A stretch of 64,000 bases of DNA. Origin: Rhodobacterales bacterium. Its GTDB lineage: Bacteria; Pseudomonadota; Alphaproteobacteria; Rhodobacterales; Rhodobacteraceae. The notes under the pieces are model-generated. The model searched no databases, had not been told where the DNA came from, and saw nothing but the letters and a program-made list of their open reading frames with translations. Below are positions 59,463 through 64,000 of the stretch, piece after piece. Each line of letters begins with the position of its first letter. The first letter of the stretch is position 1. The stretch covers positions 1,737-65,736 of the forward strand of contig JANNAF010000378.1 in the NCBI GenBank assembly GCA_031384005.1. The letters are read 5' to 3'. Position numbers and translations under genes: made by a program.

Positions 59463-59948
59463 ATGAAAACGCTTGCCGAAGCTTTCAGTCACACTCTGCA
59501 AGATATCTACTTTGCGGAAAATGCTCTTATCAAGGCTCTGCCCAAGGTGGCAGGCGCAGCGATCAGCGCCGAGTTCAAGGCCCTGGTCGAGGTCCATCTG
59601 GCCGAGACCAAGCATCAGATCGTCATTCTCGACAAGGTCTTTGCGTCAATCAAGCAAAAGCCACATGGCCTGAAGTGCGATGCCATTGAAGGTCTGCTGA
59701 TTGAGACCGAGGGTATCATCGCGGTTGCGTCCGGCGTGGCGCTTGATGCATGTCTGATTGGTATCGCACAGGCCATCGAACACTATGAGATCGCCCGATA
59801 CGGTACGCTGCGCGAATGGGCCAAGGTTCTGGGCATGACCGAGGCGCATGATCTTTTGAGCGAGATCCTGGATCAGGAAAAGGCCGCCAACTCCAAACTG
59901 ACCAGCCTTGCCGTGGCCTCGATCAACAAGGCCAAGATCGCAGCGTAA
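59463..59948 (+). CDS. yciF: Ferritin-like DUF892 stress protein
   Basis: LQDIYFAE, HLAET, KCDAIEGL, AQAIEHYEIARYGTL. Confidence 0.9.
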   Translation: MKTLAEAFSHTLQDIYFAENALIKALPKVAGAAISAEFKALVEVHLAETKHQIVILDKVFASIKQKPHGLKCDAIEGLLIETEGIIAVASGVALDACLIGIAQAIEHYEIARYGTLREWAKVLGMTEAHDLLSEILDQEKAANSKLTSLAVASINKAKIAA

Positions 59949-60192
59949 GGTTTCGAAAGATGGGTCGGGCAAACGATTTTGCCCGATCCGCCTCCAATCT
60001 TTTGATGCTCCAATCCGGATTGCCCCAAAGCGGCTGGAACATCCCACCGGTTCTCTGCGGGCTGCATTCAGACAAGCGGCAAACGGTTCGTACCTATTCT
60101 GGCCGAAGTGCTGATGCCGGACGCAAGATGCGCCTCTTGACACCCTGCAGAGGACGCCAATCGCTCGACAAGTTGTGATAGCGGTGAAGTTC

Positions 60193-60217
60193 GGAACCCA
60201 GGTCGGCCCGGCACGTT
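60193..60217 (+). promoter_or_regulatory. EcfG-type promoter of the PRC-barrel gene
   Basis: GGAAC-N16-CGTT. Confidence 0.75.
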
Positions 60218-60264
60218 GTTCTGATGGGCAGGTTCGCCCGCACCCAAACCGGAGGATATGGTCC

Positions 60265-60561
60265 ATGAACACGTCGACCCCCAAAGCCTTGGCGCACGCC
60301 GAACTGAATGATGCAACCCTGGTCGGCGCAGTGGTTTACGGTGCAGGTGACGTCAGGATCGGGAGCGTATCACAGATTCATGGGCTGAACGCCGTGTTGC
60401 AGGTGATAATCGAAGTTGGTGGACTTTTTGGCATCGGCGCAAGACCCGTGGTGCTGGCAGCCAGCGAGTTGAGCTTTCTGCGTGCAGACGACGGTGCGGT
60501 CTATGCCAAAACGATCTGGACCAAGGAACAGGTCATGGCTTTGCCCGAACACCACCAATAG
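60265..60561 (+). CDS. PRC-barrel domain protein
   Basis: LVGAVVYGAGDVRIGSV...VIIEVGGLFGIGARPV...WTKEQVMALPEH; GGAGG RBS. Confidence 0.85.
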   Translation: MNTSTPKALAHAELNDATLVGAVVYGAGDVRIGSVSQIHGLNAVLQVIIEVGGLFGIGARPVVLAASELSFLRADDGAVYAKTIWTKEQVMALPEHHQ

Positions 60562-60810
60562 TGGCCTTCCGTGACGCCGGACAAAAACGCTGGCGTCTGT
60601 TGCGGCGGCCCCTCAAACAATTGGGTGTTCGCACGACGACGGCCCGTACTTCGGCGGCTTTGCACGATCGTCGTGTGAAACAGCAATTTCACGGGATCGG
60701 GCATACCCTCCAGAGGTCGCCGGGCGACAACTGCATGACTTGACCGTGGTTGTGCCGGATCTCGAAAGCGGGGTTCGGGCCCCCCAAAGAAGACGTGATC
60801 GCGACCTTTG

Positions 60811-61581
60811 CTATCCGCCGGTCTGGCTTCGAAGGGCGCGCAGTTGGTCGGCGGTCAGATAGCCGCTGACCCGAAGAGCCTCGTCCCGTTGCCAAGTGGC
60901 CAATGCCCGGCGCGTATTTACACCGAAAATGCCATCACTGCCGCCCGTGCTGTAGCCCAGGGACGTCAACCTGATTTGGACTTCGCGACGCTCGGCATAG
61001 GTCAGGCTTAGCAGGCGTTCCTCGACCAGATCATCGCCTGCCACGGGAATGACAGGATCAATGCCGACGCCGGGGCCGGCCTGCTGTGCAATCAATTTGA
61101 CCTGACCAGCGGTGACGTAGCCCGTTGCCGCCTGCTTGTTTGCGGTCTGCCACCGGATTATGGCGCTGCGGGTATTTGTGCCCCAGAGACCATCTGCAAC
61201 GCCGGTGGCATAGCCGATCGCTGTCAACTGCTTCTGGATCTGAATGCGTTGCGTGCGGCTCAATCCGATCGACGCCTCAATCGAGGCGGCACTTTGATTG
61301 CCGCCGATTGGTGGCAAAGGGGTCACCGATCCGTCCAGCTTTGCCAAGGCCTGCTCGGCATTGACGCGATAGATGCCTTTGGGAAACTTCGTCAGATAAC
61401 TGCGGTAAGCGCTGGCCGTGTTGAGCCGTTGCGCCTCGACAAAGGCAGTCCGGTCAAGCTCTTGATTGAGAAGTGACTGGGCGATCCCAGAGACGATATC
61501 GCCAAAATTCGGTTCAGCATTCAAGGGCGCCGCCGCCGCCAAACTGGCAGCCAACAAGAGCGGGAGGCGAATTTTCCACAT
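60811..61581 (-). CDS. Exported protein with two peptidoglycan-binding domains
   Basis: Signal peptide; IQKQLTAIGY..GVADGLWG.NTR.AI..WQ repeated twice. Confidence 0.85.
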   Translation of the reverse strand: MWKIRLPLLLAASLAAAAPLNAEPNFGDIVSGIAQSLLNQELDRTAFVEAQRLNTASAYRSYLTKFPKGIYRVNAEQALAKLDGSVTPLPPIGGNQSAASIEASIGLSRTQRIQIQKQLTAIGYATGVADGLWGTNTRSAIIRWQTANKQAATGYVTAGQVKLIAQQAGPGVGIDPVIPVAGDDLVEERLLSLTYAERREVQIRLTSLGYSTGGSDGIFGVNTRRALATWQRDEALRVSGYLTADQLRALRSQTGG

Positions 61582-61766
61582 CGTGCGATCCTTTTAGCCT
61601 GGTGGGCCGTTTGGCCAGCACCGCTTCGGTATGACAACCCCTCAACCATCAATTGGTTGCAGAGAACCTTCGGCCAAGGATATGCCCAGTTCTTGCGGCG
61701 CAGCGTTCAAGCCGCACGACTGTGCCGGGGCATTCTGACGAATTAAGCGATTTGGCGTTTAAGGGC

Positions 61767-61952
61767 TCAAACCTCTTTGCGATCAGGCAAACCCTTGTGG
61801 CTGGTGGATGCCAAATCATCGAGTTTCTTTTCGGTCATCGACTCGGCCATTTCCTTTGACGCACCTTTCAAGGAAGAAATCTTGGTTTCGCCTCGCTTTG
61901 CTGACAGGGCGGCACCGGCGGCCATTTGCTGAGCTTTGGATCTGGCGGGCAT
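61767..61952 (-). CDS. DUF3008 family small stress protein
   Basis: MPARSKAQQMAAGAALSAKRG...SMTEKKLDDLAST; RBS AAGGA. Confidence 0.85.
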   Translation of the reverse strand: MPARSKAQQMAAGAALSAKRGETKISSLKGASKEMAESMTEKKLDDLASTSHKGLPDRKEV

Positions 61953-61999
61953 GCTCGGTTCCTTTTTGCAGTGGCTGCACCAAATGGCACCCTTGCCAC

Positions 62000-62066
62000 A
62001 ACGTCCAACAGAGGGAACCGTTCCGAATGGAACCCGGTCAGGGAACTTTTCCCCTTCAGCCGCATT
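62000..62066. promoter_or_regulatory. Divergent EcfG-type promoters
   Basis: Minus GGAAC-N16-CGTT (62024-62000); plus GGAAC-N16-CATT (62042-62066). Confidence 0.7.
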
Positions 62067-62113
62067 GATTGAAGCAACGCATTTGTCGGCCAGTCCGCAA
62101 GAAAGGCACGAGC

Positions 62114-62341
62114 ATGTCAGCCCCTCAGACGAACATCGAAAAGCAGAAGCGTTGGCACAAGGGACCATTGATCGGCATAGCGCTTGTGACGCTCTTTGGC
62201 GTGTCCATGGTTTTCATCTGGCTTATGGGCGAGGCCGCAAACGGCAAAAAGCCCGGCGACCCCCAGCCTGCCGCCACGCAAACGGCCCCGACAGACACTG
62301 CGCCTGCTCAAACCTTGCCCAAAGCGGTTCCCTCACCTTGA
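62114..62341 (+). CDS. Small single-TM protein
   Basis: MSAPQTNIEKQKRWHKGPLIGI, TM segment, Pro/Ala/Thr tail; RBS GAAAGG; EcfG promoter. Confidence 0.75.
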   Translation: MSAPQTNIEKQKRWHKGPLIGIALVTLFGVSMVFIWLMGEAANGKKPGDPQPAATQTAPTDTAPAQTLPKAVPSP

Positions 62342-62411
62342 CGGTGAAAACTGCAAGGCAGACGTGCCTTCAGGCTGGGCGGGAGAGGGATGGTTGGTTC
62401 TTGCCCCCGGT

Positions 62412-63330
62412 CTAATGGGCGTGTGTCGGCTTTGAGGCCGGTGCGTAACACTCCGCCGCCTCCAGAATGTCCGCCTCGGTCAGATCATGTCCTGCATGCC
62501 TCATCATATCGACGAATGGGCCGCCACCACGGGTATAGGGGTTTTGGGCAAAGAGGCGCAACTGAGACGCCAAACAGTCTGCAGAGTGGCCGGACAGGTT
62601 TGGAAACGCCGGGCGGGCAATAGGCGCCGGGGTGTTACAGGGAGCGCATGCTGAAAGGCGACCTGCGGTGCCACCATCGGCCGGGCTGGATGGCAGTCTG
62701 ATTGGGGCCTGATCCGTTTGAGTGCCCGCAGATAGTACCGAAAGCCGCTTCACCTGAAGATCAGTCAAAGCTCCAGCGATGCCAGCCATAAAGTCGCCTT
62801 GACGCTGACCGTTACGACAGGCCTGCAGGCTGGAAATAGATACTCGCAACTTTGAAGGTCGAGTCGTGGGAATGTTCCCGCAGCGTCGCTTTGGCCCGCA
62901 ACCCCGTGGCACATGGCGCACATATCTGAAATGCCAGATCCCGCACCTGCGCTTACCCCAATAAATGCAGCGTGTTTTGGCGCGTCCAGATCCGGCAATA
63001 TTTGCAGCAGGGCCACCATCGACCAAACCTCGTCATCGCGCCCCTTGGCGGGCCACGCGGGCATGGAAGAGTTCGGCAGGCCGTTCTTGACTGTCAGTAA
63101 CAAGGCCCCGGGCAGCCAGTTGTCTGGGCACAGGCGATGTCGCAACCCTTGGCAGCACGCAAATCGTCGTCCTAATCGCCACTGTGTCCATATTCCACCG
63201 CAGGTTTTTGCCGCACTTCCGCTGGGGACATTTGATGCTGCCACGCAGGCTCGTGTCGCACCACTGCTGGAAAAGGCCGCCCTGACCGCCGCAATTGACG
63301 ATGCATGCCTGACGATCGTGACGCGTACCG
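62412..63330 (-). pseudogene. Multi-heme c-type cytochrome pseudogene
   Basis: MPAWPAKGRDDEVWSMVAL, intact CAMCHG, degenerate ACCQG and CAPCN heme sites, frameshifts. Confidence 0.7.
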
Positions 63331-63410
63331 GAATTACGTCTTTGTGTTTGCAGTTTGCGCGCGGCGGCATTCCGGCACCAGAAAACAACTTGCAGTTTCG
63401 CTGAAAAACT

Positions 63411-63440
63411 CCATATACCATCCGCACAGATGGTATATGG
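63411..63440. promoter_or_regulatory. Inverted-repeat operator abutting the RBS of the CopG-like gene
   Basis: CCATATACCATC-N6-GATGGTATATGG, overlapping GGAGG. Confidence 0.65.
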
Positions 63441-63447
63441 AGGTCAA

Positions 63448-63867
63448 ATGCCGAAACCCACCCTCGTTTCACTGGTCAGGCCTCCTGACTCTGAAAAGCT
63501 GACCATCAATCTGGGCTTCGTCGATCTGGGCCAGATCGAACTTTTGGTACAGGAAGGGTTTTATTCCAATCGCAGCGACTTTATCCGCACAGCGATCCGC
63601 AACCAGATCGAGCGGCACGCCGAGACAGTGCGTCAGGTCGTCACCCGCAGAAGTGTGGATCTGGGCCTGCGCCATATCTCTACGGCTGACCTGATCGCGG
63701 CACAGGCGGCGGGTGAAATGTTGGATATCCGGGTTCTGGGCCTTGCCGTCATCGCGCCCGACGTCTCCCCCGATCTGGCCCGCACCACAATCGCAGCACT
63801 GCATGTACTGGGCGGATTGCAGGCCAGTGATGCAGTCAAGGCCGCGCTGGCCGACCGGATCACTTGA
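63448..63867 (+). CDS. CopG/RHH family transcriptional regulator
   Basis: SEKLTINLGFVDLGQIELLVQEGFYSNRSDFIRTAIRNQ. Confidence 0.85.
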   Translation: MPKPTLVSLVRPPDSEKLTINLGFVDLGQIELLVQEGFYSNRSDFIRTAIRNQIERHAETVRQVVTRRSVDLGLRHISTADLIAAQAAGEMLDIRVLGLAVIAPDVSPDLARTTIAALHVLGGLQASDAVKAALADRIT

Positions 63868-63890
63868 TCCATTCACATAGAAAGCACCAA

Positions 63891-64000
63891 ATGACTCTGT
63901 TTTTGACGCAAGGCATGGCAAATGCCGCCGAACTAACGCGTTCTGGCAAGCTGCACGAGGCAACGGCGCTGATCCAGTCGCTGCTGAACCAACCTAGCCC
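63891..64000 (+). CDS. Partial CDS, probably the N-terminus of a PHB depolymerase family esterase
   Basis: MTLFLTQGMANAAELTRSGKLHEATALIQSLL, open to the window end; resembles genes I recall following this CopG family. Confidence 0.5.
   Translation, partial: MTLFLTQGMANAAELTRSGKLHEATALIQSLLNQPS

Overview
GC-rich alphaproteobacterial accessory region, Rhodobacteraceae-like by gene content (inferred). No rRNA, tRNA or CRISPR was seen. Left to right: (1) an RTX Ca-binding protein. (2) A probable histamine/imidazole-acetate catabolic cluster: FMO-RidA-DUF1028-LysR plus a convergent histamine-dehydrogenase-type flavoenzyme, with a shared upstream motif. (3) A LacI-controlled sugar operon: Gfo/Idh/MocA, SdhA/NadB-family flavoprotein, KdgK. 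(4) A general stress response (GSR) core: Crp, HisKA_2 kinase, ecfG, nepR, phyR, with GGAAC-N16/17-C(G/A)TT promoters scattered to the far end of the window. (5) A galU relic, a small CsbD-like ORF and a 2783-aa cyclic beta-1,2-glucan synthase. (6) A DUF6544-CPBP-hydrolase operon. (7) IS3 and Fic relics; the IS3 carries three 39-bp in-frame mini-inserts. (8) The main candidate system: a rearranged 12-gene alginate-like operon (algD-8-44-A-G-I-J-sel1-X-F-sel1-L). It has no algE porin, and its Alg44 PilZ, AlgG, AlgL and AlgA-PMI motifs are degenerate. It faces a probably secreted beta-helix+RTX protein. (9) Cupin, PHB-depolymerase-family esterases, katE and cytochrome c pseudogenes, and small GSR genes (yciF, PRC-barrel, DUF3008). 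All family calls come from motif recognition by eye and recalled reference sequences; no database searches were run.
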